64,000 nucleotides of DNA from the human T2T-CHM13v2.0 reference genome, Homo sapiens, in the NCBI RefSeq assembly GCF_009914755.1, contig NC_060930.1; one strand, given 5' to 3'. Each line of letters opens with the position of its first letter. Positions within the stretch are counted from its first letter, which is position 1. Under the pieces are notes generated by a model. It was not told where the DNA came from. It searched no databases and worked only from the letters and a program-made list of their open reading frames with translations. The translations under genes and the position numbers were made by a program. Of this stretch, positions 26,599 to 40,974 are shown in pieces.

Positions 26599-26830
26599 TT
26601 TTTTTTTTTAACTTTTATTTTAGGTTTAGGGGTACATGTGTACCTTTATTACATAGGTAAATTTGTGTCATGGGGATATGTTGTACAGATTAGTTTGTCA
26701 TCCAGAAACTAAGCCTAGTAACCAATCGGGTTTTTATTTATTTATTTATTTATTTTTTGTCCTCTCCCTCTTCTTAACCTCCACCCTCAAGAAGGCCCTG
26801 GTGTCTATTTTTCCTTTCTTTGCCTACATG
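26599..26830 (-). mobile_element. L1PA13-15-type 3' end fragment
   Basis: Poly-T followed by 'aacttttattttaggtttaggggtacatgtg...ggtaaatttgtgtcatgggg...tacagatt'. Confidence 0.8.
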
Positions 26831-27099
26831 ATATCTTAAATGATACAAAGTTTAAGAGTTCCAAAAAGAAGGTAATAAAATAATAATAAGTGCCATAATC
26901 AAGATCAACCATAGAGCATGGAAAGATATTAGAAAAAAAATTAAAAATTAAAAAAATTATTTGCATCAAACAAAAAATTTGGGGAGAAAAATATAGAGTG
27001 CCAGGGAAAAAGAAAAAATGTTTTAGTTTCAGTTATATATATCTTAGAAACATAAAATACGACTGATAAATTTCACCAAAAACTAAAACAGAAAAAAAA

Positions 27100-28040
27100 T
27101 CTCAAGAATTATTAAAACTGACTCTAGATTTTGCAAATCTAAGCATATGATTATGTAATTTGACTAATAAATTACTCTCTTTTTGAAAATTATTGATCTC
27201 AAGCAAGAAATTCTAACTTTCCAGATGGTAGGAAGTTTTGGAAATGAATATTATACAAACATTTCAAATGGCAAAATAAATGATTAGAATCTTTTTACTT
27301 CATCCTATTTCAAATGATTCTTCATTTTGTCTATGTTTTAAACGCTTTGCTGACAGAACAAAATGGACCCAAGAGTGACAGGTTTTTCATGTATTTCAGA
27401 TAAACATGAAGAAAGGGGAATATATGTTAAATTAAATATTTCTAATTGTATTCTGATTTTAAATATTTATAATTACCATGGTGCAGTAAAGAAACTATAT
27501 GTAAATGAGGAAAATAATGCCATGTGGCATTTGAATGCATGATTCAGTTTTTAGTGATGCAATGTCTAACATCAAAGATTAGCCAAGAAACTTTATGAGC
27601 ATGATTATGAGAACTTTTGCATTTGGCAGGAACTGTAGCAAAATTTGAATATTATGGGAAACATTTATGCAGAATACAAATATTGCCACCAAAACAACTA
27701 CATGTTATTTGGGGCATGAAAAACAACTGAATAAGACAATAATAAATGGGTTTATGAAAATAACTGAATAAGAATTGATATTACTTGATACACACATGCA
27801 CACATGTATAACTCATCACATAAACTTTGCTCAATTGAGAATAATTGCTGTTTGATTTGAAAAATTCCAAAATGCATATTTTGCAGATGAAATATTTTTG
27901 TGTGGGTTTGCTCAGTAGATGACAAAATTGAGGAAAAAATAAAGACATTTTTAGTAGACTTGTAATATCTGAATGTAACCAAAGATAATCTAAGTGGAAG
28001 GGTAAAACAATGTGCAAGGAAGAGTAAAGATTGCAACAAG
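27100..28040 (+). pseudogene. Fossil hAT (Tip100/Zaphod/Arthur-like) transposase, N-terminal part
   Basis: Frameshifted translation gives NFPDGRKF (27215), EYYTNISNGK, PISNDSSFCLCFKRF (27304, TTF zinc-finger-like), KLYEHDYENF/LHLAGTVAKFEYYGKHLCRIQ (27588+), YLGHEKQLN (27706), ILLDT and GF..VDDK. These occur in the order expected for ZMYM1/THAP12-like hAT transposases. Confidence 0.72.
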
Positions 28041-28244
28041 GGGGGAAAGGACTCTCTATTCGATAAATGGTTCTGGGGTAATATGCGGAAGATTGAAACT
28101 GAACACTTACTTTCACCATATACAAAAATTAAATCAAGATGCATTAAAGATATAAATGTAAGACTACAAACTGTAAGAATCTTAGAAGAAAACCTAGGAA
28201 TCACCACTCTGGACATTGGCCTTAAGAAAGAATTTATGACTAAG
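28041..28244 (+). mobile_element. L1PA16/17-L1PB4-type, 5'-truncated, left piece (host of a later L1)
   Basis: ORF2 3' part. Continues at 33305 after the TSD aatttatgactaag / aaattgtgactaag. Confidence 0.8.
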
Positions 28245-29818
28245 AGACCTATCGGTGTGCTGTATTCAAAAGGCCCATCTCACATGCAAAGACACACATA
28301 GACTCAAAATAAAGGGATGGAGGAAACTTTACCAAGCAAATGGAAAGCAGAAAAAAGCAGGGGTTGCAATTCTAGTTTCTGAAAAACAGACTTTAAACCA
28401 ACAAAGATAAAAAAAGACAAACAAGGGCATTAAATAATGTAACGAGATCAATTCAGCAAGAAAAGCTAACTGTCCTAAATATATATATACTCAATACAGG
28501 AGCACCCAGATTCATAAAACAAGTTCTTAGACCTTACAAGGATACTTAGACTCCCACACAATAATAGTGGGGGACTTTAACACTCCACCGTCAATATTAG
28601 ACATATCATCAAGGCAGAAAATCAACAAGGATATTCAGGACTTGAACTCAGCTCTGGATGAAGTGGACCTGATAGATATCTACAAAATTCTCCACCCCAA
28701 AGCAACAGAATATACATTCATCTTGGCACCACATGGCACTTACTCTAAAATAGATCACAAAACGGGAAGTAAAACACTCCACAGCAAATGCAAGAAACTG
28801 GAATCATAACCATGTCTCAGACCACAGCATAATCAAGTTAGAACTAAAGATTAAGAAAGTCACTCAAAACTACACAACTACATGGAAATTGAACAATCTG
28901 CTCCTGAATGACTACTGGGCAAATAATGAAATTAAGGCAGAAATAAGTAAGTTATTTGAAACCAATGAGAACAAAGGGACAATGTACCAGAGTCTCTGGG
29001 ACTTAGCTAAGGCAGTTAGGAAAGTTTATAGCATTAATTGTCTACATCAAAAAGGTAGAAAGATCTCAAATCGACACCCTAACATCACAACTAAAGGAAC
29101 TAATGAACCAAGAGCAAACAATCCCAAAAGCTAGCAGAAGACAAGAAATAACCAAGATCAGAATGGAACTGAAGGAGATAGAGACGTGAATAATCCTTGA
29201 AAAAAATCAATGAATTCAGGAGCTGTTTTTTTGAAAAACATAACAAAATAGATAGACTGCTAGCTAGACTAATAAAGAAGAAATGAGAGAAGAATCAATT
29301 AGACATACTAAAAAAGGATAAAGGGGAAATCACCACTGACCCTACAGAAATACAAACAACCATCAGAGAATATTATAAACACCCTCTATGCACATAAACT
29401 AGAAAATCTAGAAGAAATGGATGAATTCCTGCAAATATACACCCTCCCAAGACTAAACCAGGAAGAAGTTGAATCCCTGAAAAGACCAATAAGAAGTTCT
29501 GAAATAATAGTAATAAATAGCCTAGCAACCAAAAAAAGCCCAGGACCAGACAGACATATAGCTGACTTCTACCGCAGGTACAAAGAGGAGCTGGTACCAT
29601 TTCTTCAGAAACTATTCCAAACAATTGAGAAGTAGGGACATCTCCCTAACTCATTGTATGAGGCCAGCATCATCCTGATACCAAAACCTGGCAGAGATAC
29701 AACAAAAAAAGAAAACTTCTTCTTCTTTTTTTTTTTTTTTTTTTTTTTTTTGTGGTCAACATCCCTGATGAACACTGATGCAAAAATCCTCAATAAAATA
29801 CTGGCAAACAGAATTCAG

Positions 29819-30879
<1,061 letters not shown>

Positions 30880-31671
30880 ACAGATTATCCATCAGGATCA
30901 AGTCGGCTTTGTCCCCAGGATGCAAGGCTGGTTCAACATATGCAAATCAATAAACGTAAATCATTACGTAAACAGAACTAAAGACAAAAAACACATGATT
31001 ATCTCAATAGACATAGAAAAGGCCTTTATAAAATTCAACATTACGTTAAAAACTCTCAATGAACTAGGTATTGATGATGAACTAGGTATTGATGAAACAT
31101 ACCTAGATTGATGAAACATCTCAAAATAATAAGAGCCATTTATGACAAACCCACTGCCAGTATCATACTGAATGGGCAAAAGCTGGAAGCATTCTCCTTG
31201 AAAACCGGCACAAGTCAAGAATGCCCTCTCTCACCATGCCTATTCCACATAGTATTGGAAGTTCTGGCCAGAGCAATCAGACAAGAGAAAGAAATAAAGT
31301 GTATTCAAATAGGAAGAGAGAAAGTCCAACTGTCTAAATTTGCAGGCCACGTGATCTTATGTCTAGAAAATCTCATTGTCTCAGCCCAAAAGGTCGTTGA
31401 ACTTCAGCAAAGTCTCAGGATACAAATTAATGCACAAAAATCACAAGCATTCCTATACACCAACAATAGGCAAGCAGAGAGCCAAATTATGAACAAGCTT
31501 CATAATTCACAATTGCTATAAAAAGAATAAAATACCTAGGAATACAGTTAACAAGGGAAGAGAAGAACCTCTTCAAGGAGAACTACAATCCACTGCTCAA
31601 TGAAGTAAGAGAAGACAAAAACAAATGGAAAAACATTCCATGCTCATGGATAGGAAGAATTAATATTGTGA

Positions 31672-31788
<117 letters not shown>

Positions 31789-33304
31789 TGAATAGCCAAG
31801 ACAATCCTAAGGAAAAACAATGAGGCTGGAGGCATCACATTACCTGACTTCAAACTATATTGCAAGGCTGCAGTAACCAAAACAACATGGTAGTGGTACA
31901 AAAACAGATACATAGACTGATGGAACAGAGTAGAGATCTCAGAAATAAGACCATACATCTACAACCATCTGATCTTCGTCAAACCTGAGAAAACAAGCAA
32001 TGGGAAAATAATTCCCTATTTAATAAATGGTACTGGGAAAACTGGCTAGCCATATGCAGAAAATTGAAACTGGATTTCTTCCTTACACTTTATTCAAATA
32101 TTACCTCAAGATGGATTAAAGACTTAAATGTAAAACCCAAAACTATAAAAACCCCAGAAGAAAATCTAGGGAAAACCATTCAGGACATAGGCATGGGCAA
32201 AAATTTTATGATGAAACATCAGAAACAATTGCAAAAAGCAAAATTGACAAATTGGATCCAATTAAACTGAAGAGCATCTGCACAGCAAAAGAAAGTATCA
32301 TCAGAGTGAACAGACAGCCTACAGAATGGAAGAAAAATTTTGCAATCTATCCATCTGACAAAGATCTAATATCCAGAGTCTTAACAAATTTACTTAAGGA
32401 ACAAATGTATTGTTAAATTTTTTTAACAAGAAACTTAAACGAATTTATAAGAAAAAACAACCCCATTAAAGAGTGAGCAAAGGACATAACAGTTCTAAAA
32501 AGAAGACATTTATGTGGCCAAGAAACATATGGAGAAAAGCTGAACATCACTGATCATTAGAGAAATGCAAGTCAGAACCACAAGGAGATACCATCTCATG
32601 CCAGTCAGAATGGCAATAATTAAAAAGTCAAGAAACAACACGTGCTGGTGTAGTTGTGGAGAAATAGGAATGCCTTTACACTGTTGGTGGGAATGTAACT
32701 TAGTTCAACCATTGTGGAAGACAGTGTGGTGATTCCTCAAAGACCTAGACTAGAAATACCATTTGACCCAAAAATTCCATTACTGAGTATATACCCAAAG
32801 GAATATAAATTATTCTATTATAAAGATACATGCACATGTATGTTCACTGCAGCACTATTCACAATAACAAAGACATGGAATCAACCCAAATACCCATCAA
32901 TGATAGGCTGGATAAAGAAAGATGTGGCACCTATACACTATAGAATACTATGCAGCCATTAAAAGGAAAGAGATCATGTCCTTTGCAGGGGCAGCGATGG
33001 AGCTGGAAACCATTATCCTCAGCAAACTAACAGAGAAATAGAAAACCAATCACCACATGTTCTCACTTATAAGTGGGAGGTGAACAATGAGAACATGTGG
33101 ACACAGAGAGCGGAACAATACACAATGGGGAGGGAGAGCATCAGGATAAATAGCTAATGCATGTGGGGCTTAATACCTAGGTGATGGGCTGATAGGTGCA
33201 GCAAACCACCATGGCACACGTTTATCTATGTAACAAACCTGTACGTCCTGCACATAATCCTGGAATTTAAAATTAAATTACAAAAATTAAAAAAAAACTA
33301 AAAC

Positions 33305-34380
33305 AAATTGTGACTAAGTCCTCAAAAGCTAATACAGCAAAAACAAAAATTGACAAGTGGGACCTAATTAAACTAAAGAGCTTCTGTGAAGCAAAAGAAA
33401 CTATCAACAGAATAAACAAACAACTAGCATAATGAGAGAAAATATTCACAAACTATGCATCTGACAAAGAGCTAGTATACAGAATCTATAAGGAACTTAA
33501 ACAATTGAACAAGCAAAAAACAAATAGCCCCATTAAAAAAGTGCAAAAGACATGAACAGACACTTCTCAAAAGAAGACATACAAGCAGCCAACAAACATT
33601 TGAAAAAACACTCCACATTACCAATCATTAGAGAAATGCAAATCAAATCCACAATGAGATATCATCTCACACCTGTCAGAATGGCTATTATTCAAAAGTC
33701 AAAAAATAACAGATGTAAGTGAGGCTCTGGAAAAAAAGGAATACTTATATACTGTTGATGGTATTGTAAATTAGTTCAGCCGCTGTGGAAAGCAGTCTGG
33801 AGATTTCTCAAAGAATTTAAAACAGAACTACCATTCAAAACAGCAATCTGACTACTGAGTATATAGCTTCAAAAAACAAGTTGTTCTACCAAAAGACGTG
33901 TAATTCTATGCTATCTAGCACTATTCACAATAACAAAGATGTGGAATCAATCTAGGTGCACATTAATGGTGTATTGGATAAAGAAAATGTGGTAATGTGT
34001 TACATATGCATCATGGAATATTATGCAGCCATAAAATGGATGAAATTATGTTCTTTGCAGCAACATGGATGCAGCTGGAGGGCATTATTCTAAGCAAATT
34101 AATGCACTAGCAGAAAACCAAATACCCAATTTCCTCACTTATAAGTGGGAGCTAAACACTGGATACTCATGGACATAAAGATGGCAGCAATAGACACTCG
34201 TGACTACAAAAGGTGGGAAGAAAGAAGGAGGGCAAAGATTGAAAATCTCACTATTGGGTACTATGCTCAGTACCTGGCTGATGGGATCATTTGTACTCCA
34301 AACCTCAGCATTATTCAATATACCCAGGTAACAAACCTGCACAGGTACCTCCTGAATCTAAATAAAACTTGAAAAATATA
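33305..34380 (+). mobile_element. L1PA16/17-L1PB4-type, right piece with 3'UTR
   Basis: 3'UTR 'ggacataaagatggcagcaatagacact...ccaaacctcagcatt...cctgaatctaaataaaacttgaaaaa'. The whole element is flanked by agattgc(a/c)aca(a/g)g at 28028-28040 and 34380-34392. Confidence 0.85.
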
Positions 34381-34640
34381 GATTGCCACAGGAGATTAAA
34401 ATATACAGCATAGGTAATTTTATATTGCTCGTTTTGCGAACATTTAAATTTCTTAGTGAAAGATGCAGCTAAAATCTCTTTTGACACAGTTGATATTTTG
34501 TTATTGCTCTTGTTAAAGAACTATACAACTATTTTTCAGCTTCCAAGCAACATGGGATTATGTTAAAAGCACATTTATAGTCATAAACTTTAAACTGGCA
34601 ACAGATAATTTTTAATGTGATATTATTTCTTAAAGAGGAC
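34381..34640 (+). pseudogene. Fossil hAT transposase, continuation
   Basis: HLNFLVKDAAK (34441) and ALVKELYNYFSASK (34506) resemble the hAT C.AH.LNL...LY.FFS.S.KRW block. Confidence 0.72.
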
Positions 34641-34983
34641 TCTCTAAGGTTAAAATATTTTTAAAGATAGGATTTGACTTATTTTTAACTATGAAGTTTA
34701 AATTTTGGGCTATATTAATAGATTTTGATATAATATTGAAAAAACTTAACATTCTGTTACCTCATACTACCATCTCCCAAATTTTAGCTATAGTTTAAAA
34801 AAAAATTTTCAAGGTGTATGACATTTACAGTGTACTGTGTCACTATAAAATTGCATAGTTTTAATTCTATCTTTAAGTTACTTAGACTCACTACTCATTT
34901 AAAACAGCTAATCAGGTCCCATGGATGCTATTTTCATTTGTTTTTTAATTACTGGATTTTGGTTCTTGCATATTAAAATATCT

Positions 34984-35452
34984 ATGACATGCTGAATAAT
35001 GGCCTTTTAAAGAGATCCACATCTTAATCCCCAGAAACTGTGAATAAATTGCTTTATATGGCAAGAGAGAATTCACACATGTGGTTAAGGTAAAGATTTT
35101 AAGATTTGGAGATTAGCCTGTATATCTCTAAGTGGGTCCAATGTAATTATACATGACCTTCTAAGAGAGAGGCAGAATTAGAGTGAGAGAGAAGAAATGT
35201 GATGAAACAAGCAGAGGTTGAAGTGATATGGCCAGAAGCCAAGTCATGCAACCTTTAGAAATTAGAAGACATGAGGAATGGATTCTCCCCCAAAAACTCC
35301 AAGACAAACCAGCCCTGCTGATACTTTGATTTTAGGCCCACAAGACTCATTTTGCAATTCCAGCCTCCAGGACTGTACAAGAATAATTTTGTATTGTTTT
35401 CAATCATCAGGTTTGTAGTAATTTGTTACAGCAGCAATAAGAAACTAATACA
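34984..35452 (+). mobile_element. MaLR solo LTR, MLT1C/D
   Basis: 'gctgaataatggcc...ccacatcttaatccccagaaactgtgaata' through 'gtaatttgttacagcagcaataagaaactaataca'. Confidence 0.85.
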
Positions 35453-35454
35453 AC

Positions 35455-36770
35455 ACCTACATGTAATACTTATAATTGAAGAACACTTTTGCATCTTTAA
35501 CTGCTTATAATATTCTTAGGTCATAATTCTATACTTGACAACTTTGGAAGCATTTAAAAATTTCTCTTGCAAATAAACATTAATTTAAAGAAGTCTAAAG
35601 CCAGTCTGATTTATTCCCCCATATTTTAACCTAATGTTTAAAATATTTTTATTTTTGAAGTTTAATAACTTCCCCAGAATACTTATGGTTTTAATATTTT
35701 TTCTCAAATTTTTTTCTGAAATAGCATGTTATTTTAATATATATATTTAGTTATTACTATATATAAGCAAATTATTATTTTATATTTGAATACAATTTCT
35801 GCTTTGTTGGACTTTCTATCTTAGTAATCAATGATATTTATGTTGAGTTGTTTTTGTTCTTCTTATTTTTTTTAATTGTTTTACTTTTATGGTTTTCCTC
35901 TACATTAACTATGATATTCAGCAGCCTCTGAGACAAGGATGTGTACTCTCACCACTTTAATTCAACATAATACTGGAAATACTGTCCAGAGAAATTAGGC
36001 AAGAGAAAGAAATAAAAGACACCCCAACTGGAAAGGCAGATGACAAATTTGCCTTGTTTGCAGATGACATGATCTTATACCTAGATAAACCTACGACTCC
36101 ACTAGAAATCCATTAGAACTGATAAATGAATTCAGTAAAGTTGTGGGATACAAGATCAACATACAAAAATCAGTAGCAATTATATATGCCAATAGTGAAC
36201 AATCTGAAAAAGAAGTCAAGAAAGCAATCCCATTTACACTAGCTACAAAGAATACAAAATACTTAGGGATCAATCTAACCAAAGAAGTGAAAAGTCTATA
36301 TAAGGAAAACTTTAAAACTCTGATGGAAGAAATTAAAGAGGACACACCAAATCTAGACAGATATTCTATACTCATGGATTGGAAGTATTAATAGTGTTAA
36401 AACAACAATACTAAACAAAACAATTTACAAAGTCAATGAAATTTTTATCAAATACCAATGACATTCTTCAAAGAAATAAAAAATTAATTTGATTTTCAGA
36501 TGCAGCTTGCAAATCTAACTTAGTCTGCTAGTGATATTGTTATGTCATTTTACTGGTGTTCTTATTTTTTGCAATCACAATCTTTTATTTTGTTTCCTTT
36601 GATTATGCTTTCTTCTGGTCTGAGTTTGTTGTTTATAGCACACAACTTTTCTTTCTTTTCTATTATATTTTGCCTGTTGTTTTATTGGATGGTTGCTCTG
36701 CCACTTGTCTCAGTCATGTACTTAAATTAACAGGATCATCCCTATCCAAACACATTTTTTTTTCCTAGTA
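35455..36770 (-). mobile_element. Ancient HAL1/L1ME ORF1-region fragments, interrupted by a younger L1 piece
   Basis: T-rich, with 'agaagtctaaagccagtctgattt'. Confidence 0.4.
35925..36482 (+). mobile_element. Internal L1 ORF2 (RT) fragment, L1MA/PB-type
   Basis: 'tttgcagatgacatgatc' (FADD motif) and [22 protein letters not shown]. Confidence 0.85.
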
Positions 36771-37512
36771 GTTTCAAGTGTTGGTATGTTGCAGTCTATC
36801 TCATAAGGGAACCAAGAACTCAGGGGAAACTGTGCAGTCCATTGAAAAACTGGCCCTCATTAGATGTTTGTTAAATTTACTACAGTAAAGTTTACATCAC
36901 ATTATTGGAGCTGTTTGCCATGGGGAAATATCTGATGCTTTAAATATTTAACTCCAGTTGTTTAGTTTCCCCATTATACTTAACTTTCTTTAGTAACAAT
37001 TGCTTATTTCCTTCTGTCAGTTTCTCTTCTGATTTTAGGCTATTAGTGAGATTTGTTAGGATTATTTGACTCATTGTTGGGGAGTGAGATAGAGTTAAAA
37101 ATTGCATGGCTTACTCAGTTTTTCTTTGAGTTTTGAGATATGAGTGAGGGTGAAAAATCAGTTTCCATTCAGATTTTGGAATATTAATAAAAATTCTTAG
37201 AATAAGTTTACTTACTTCTCAGGAATAGGATTTGCTTAATAAAAGTTGCATAGCAACTTTTGTCTTTATCTTTTGGCTAGATGCTTACCATATTATGTTG
37301 TAACCCTTTGCTTGCTTGTTGATGGTGAATATTTTTCTTGCTTAAAAAATTAGTTTGCAGAACATTCTGTGATACAGCTTTCTTCATTATAATCTAAAAA
37401 GTCCTTTTTTCACTATTGTGCCTCTATTTCTAATTAGACAAAATCCCTTCATAGAGTATATCTTATATATCTCTAGTCTTTGCTTTGTGCTCTTTACAAA
37501 GTTTGTACTCTA

Positions 37513-37877
<365 letters not shown>

Positions 37878-37943
37878 TTACATAACTTTCAATAAACAAA
37901 TATTAAGTATTTGTTGTACAAATAGCGCTGTATTTGGTATAAA

Positions 37944-38819
37944 TGATAGAGACAGGAGGCAGAGAAATTCTAGTCAGGAATGGTGAGGGCCCACCCTCAA
38001 GCCAAAAAGCCTGAGACTGAGGCTCAAAGTGGGAACCAGTTTTCCTGCTTGAATGTTGCCTTTTCCAAAACCAGCCATGACCAGCCCCATCCCCATCCTG
38101 TGCCTATAAAAAACCCCAGACTCAGCCGGCAGAAAGAGAAGTACCTGGATGTCAGAGACTGTGGTTGGGCATTGGAAATAAGTGGCTTGACTTCTGAGGG
38201 ACAGCTTGATGGTGGAACTTCAGAGAAGACTTCAAGGGAAGATTACCTTCCTTCTCTGTCTTCTTTTCAGCTTCTTTTTCCACTGAGAGCCACCTCCACT
38301 GACAATAAAATCCCCTAAGCTTGGGTGCCATGAGTGTGGATGCAAAAGGCTGTCACACTGGTCCTTTGCCTTCCTGGTGGAAGGTAGCTGCCTCATGTGA
38401 AAAGGCAGAGGGCGCACTGAGCTGTTAACACTTATACTGTCTGTGGATGGCAGAGCTAAAAGAACACTGTAAGACTCCCTCTGGGGCTTTGAGGGTCATG
38501 AGAGTCCCTCCCCCAGACTCTGCCGTGGGTCTGGCATGGAGTTGGTTCCTGCTGGCACCCCAAAGCGCTCGCCCTGGCTACTGCACCTGCTTACCTGTGT
38601 GCCCCCTCCCACAAGGGATGCAATGCAGTGGGTCTGAGTGAGTGGACTTCACTCCTGCCAGTGCCAGAGCGCTGGCTGACTCCAGCGCTCATGTACTCCA
38701 GTTCCTGCCTTTTTCACTCGTGAGCTCCCTTCCGTGAGGAGTTAAGAGCTGCAGGCTGAGTAAGTGGAGCATCCCCTTTGCAAGTCCCATGAAGGGGTCA
38801 GGGAAATATCTTGCTGTGA
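37944..38819 (+). mobile_element. ERV1 solo LTR, MER50-like
   Basis: Starts tgatagagacaggaggcagagaaattct, has a TATA-like cctataaaaa and the poly-A signal aataaa (~38305), and ends aaggggtcagggaaatatcttg. Confidence 0.75.
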
Positions 38820-38970
38820 TATTATAATATGCTGACAATAAAAATTAGGATGTTTTTGCTGGCATTATTGGTGAAGGACCCAGGAATAGGCAAATCCTGC
38901 CACACACCACAGTTATTCATCCCAATTACATGTCTGAGGAAGCTAAATATATAGAGAATAGTGGCTTAGA

Positions 38971-39375
38971 AATGGAATACTATGCAACCATAAAAAAGGA
39001 TGAGTTCATGTCCTTTGTAGCGTCATGGATGAAGCTGGAAACCATCATTCTCAGCAAACTATCACAAGGACAAAAAAAAAACAAACACCGCATATTCTCA
39101 CTCATAGGTGGGAATTGAGCAATGGTAAGACTTGGACACAGGAGGGGGAACATCACACACCGGGGCCTGTCGTGGGGTGGGAGGAGCGGGGAGGGATAGC
39201 ATTAGGACATATACTTAATGATGTAAATGACGAGTTAATGGGTGCAGCACACCAGCATGGCACATGTATACATATGTAACAAACCTGCATGTTATGCACA
39301 TGTACCCTAGAACTTAAAGTGTAATAATAATAATAATAATAAAGTCAGGAGTTGGATCTAAACCGAAAAAAAAAA
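38971..39375 (+). mobile_element. Short 5'-truncated L1PA3/4-type insertion with probable 3' transduction
   Basis: ORF2 end FSLIGGN, 3'UTR, (TAA)n tail, a 22-bp extra tag, an A11 run and the TSD agaaatg. Confidence 0.88.
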
Positions 39376-39933
39376 AGAAATGTATAATAATACTTATTGT
39401 TAAATGTTTGGGTCCTAAACTCCAATAGCAATAACTCTGCTCAACTGACTGGGAGGCTATACACCGAACTAAAGATATGACTATTCTCCCCTTTGCTTTA
39501 CCACTAGCAAGAACATAAAAGCATTGCCCTCCAAAAGAATACTGCATCCCACTGACCACCCCCTCTAAGTCACACCTGAGACTCAGATCTTACCACTTAC
39601 AACCAGCTGTATGAGAGGAGAGAAGACACATTGTCTGTCAAACCAGCCACAACTTGTTTCCAGACAAAAACATGTGGGTAGTTTATGACATTTACCTCAT
39701 GGTGGGAAATGGAGGTGAGAGACCAACCTGGCTCTGCTTACTCCCACATGAGAACCAATGTCAACTCTGATTGTTCCGGCCAAATGGAAGTAGTAGTCAG
39801 ACAGGAAGATGGCATTTTAAATTGTTTTTCTCTGTGTCTTGACTATTAGTTTAAGCAGCCTGAGCCATGTGTTGGAATCTAACCAAGAAAAATGTTGCCT
39901 AACACTAGCAACATTATGTGGGTTTAAAAAGGT

Positions 39934-40068
39934 ATTTTAAATTTTTAAAATTTTTAGGTCTGGGGGTATAGGTGCAGGTCTGTTACATGGATATATTGCA
40001 TAATGCTGAGGTTTGGGCTTCTAATGAACCCATCACGCAAGTAGTGAACATAGTTATTAGGCGGGTTT
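39934..40068 (-). mobile_element. L1PA16/PB-type 3' end fragment
   Basis: 'ggggtataggtgcaggtctgttacatggatatattgcataatgctgaggtttggg'. Confidence 0.75.
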
Positions 40069-40563
40069 TTAGTCAGGGCTGAGTGGCAGCTATATTTTCT
40101 AAACCACAAATCAGGATATATGATCTGACAAAATATTTTTATGCCCCTTCTTGGTATAAGTGGCAGTTCAGGAGACAATGAGGCTAAAAAGTTGGCATAT
40201 TTTCATTATACTGATTGTTTATGGGCTAACAGGAGAGTAAATATGAAATGTATATTCTTTTAGGATAACCTAAGAATTAAAGTAATGTAAGGTGGTTGTA
40301 AAAGAATAGTAAATATATAGCTGTTGACCTCCAGGAACTTAAAATCTAATTCTGAGTGTATGCCAAACATATGGAACATCTGGACAATTTAGAATTCTGA
40401 AGTTAAGAAGAGGATAACATTATTCAGGCATAAGTTTATAGGGGAAAAGTGGTGTTTCACTTGAGCTAGGATGGATGGGAAGTTCTGGGTTTGTGAAGTG
40501 GGAAATGAAGTCTATTTTAGGTAGAATGAACACTTTATATGTGAGGATGAAAAGGGATGTATA

Positions 40564-40700
40564 ACAGGGCATGGTGATACCCGCCTGTAGTCCCAGCTAA
40601 TCAGAAGGCTGAGGTGGTAGGGTCATTTTTAATCCCAGGAGTTGGAGACAAGCCTGAGAAACATAGCAAGAATCGAACTCAAAAAAAAAAAAAAAAAAAA
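40564..40700 (+). mobile_element. FLAM_A monomer
   Basis: 'gggcatggtgatacccgcctgtagtcccagcta...cccaggagttggagacaagcctgagaaacatagcaaga' plus an A20 tail. Confidence 0.8.
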
Positions 40701-40974
40701 GGAAAAGAGACAAGGTGAGAATGAAAATAAACTGGATTGTAGCACTGTGAATGCAAACCCTTGAGTGTTAAGGGGTAAAATTGCACAGGTAGATAAGGTG
40801 AGAGGGTAGAACCTGAGAGAGGTCCATCCATCACTTCCAGCTCCATACAGGACTGCGTAGCTACGTATCTCGATTGCTAAAATATATCACAAATTTAGCC
40901 ATGCAAGATAAAGATTGAACTATCTGATTAATAGATCAAAGGAAATTACTTATTGTTCATCCAATTCTTAAATA

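Noticed and set aside
29605-29793. Poly-lysine ORF
   Set aside because: It is the translation of the T26 tract on the antisense strand of an L1.
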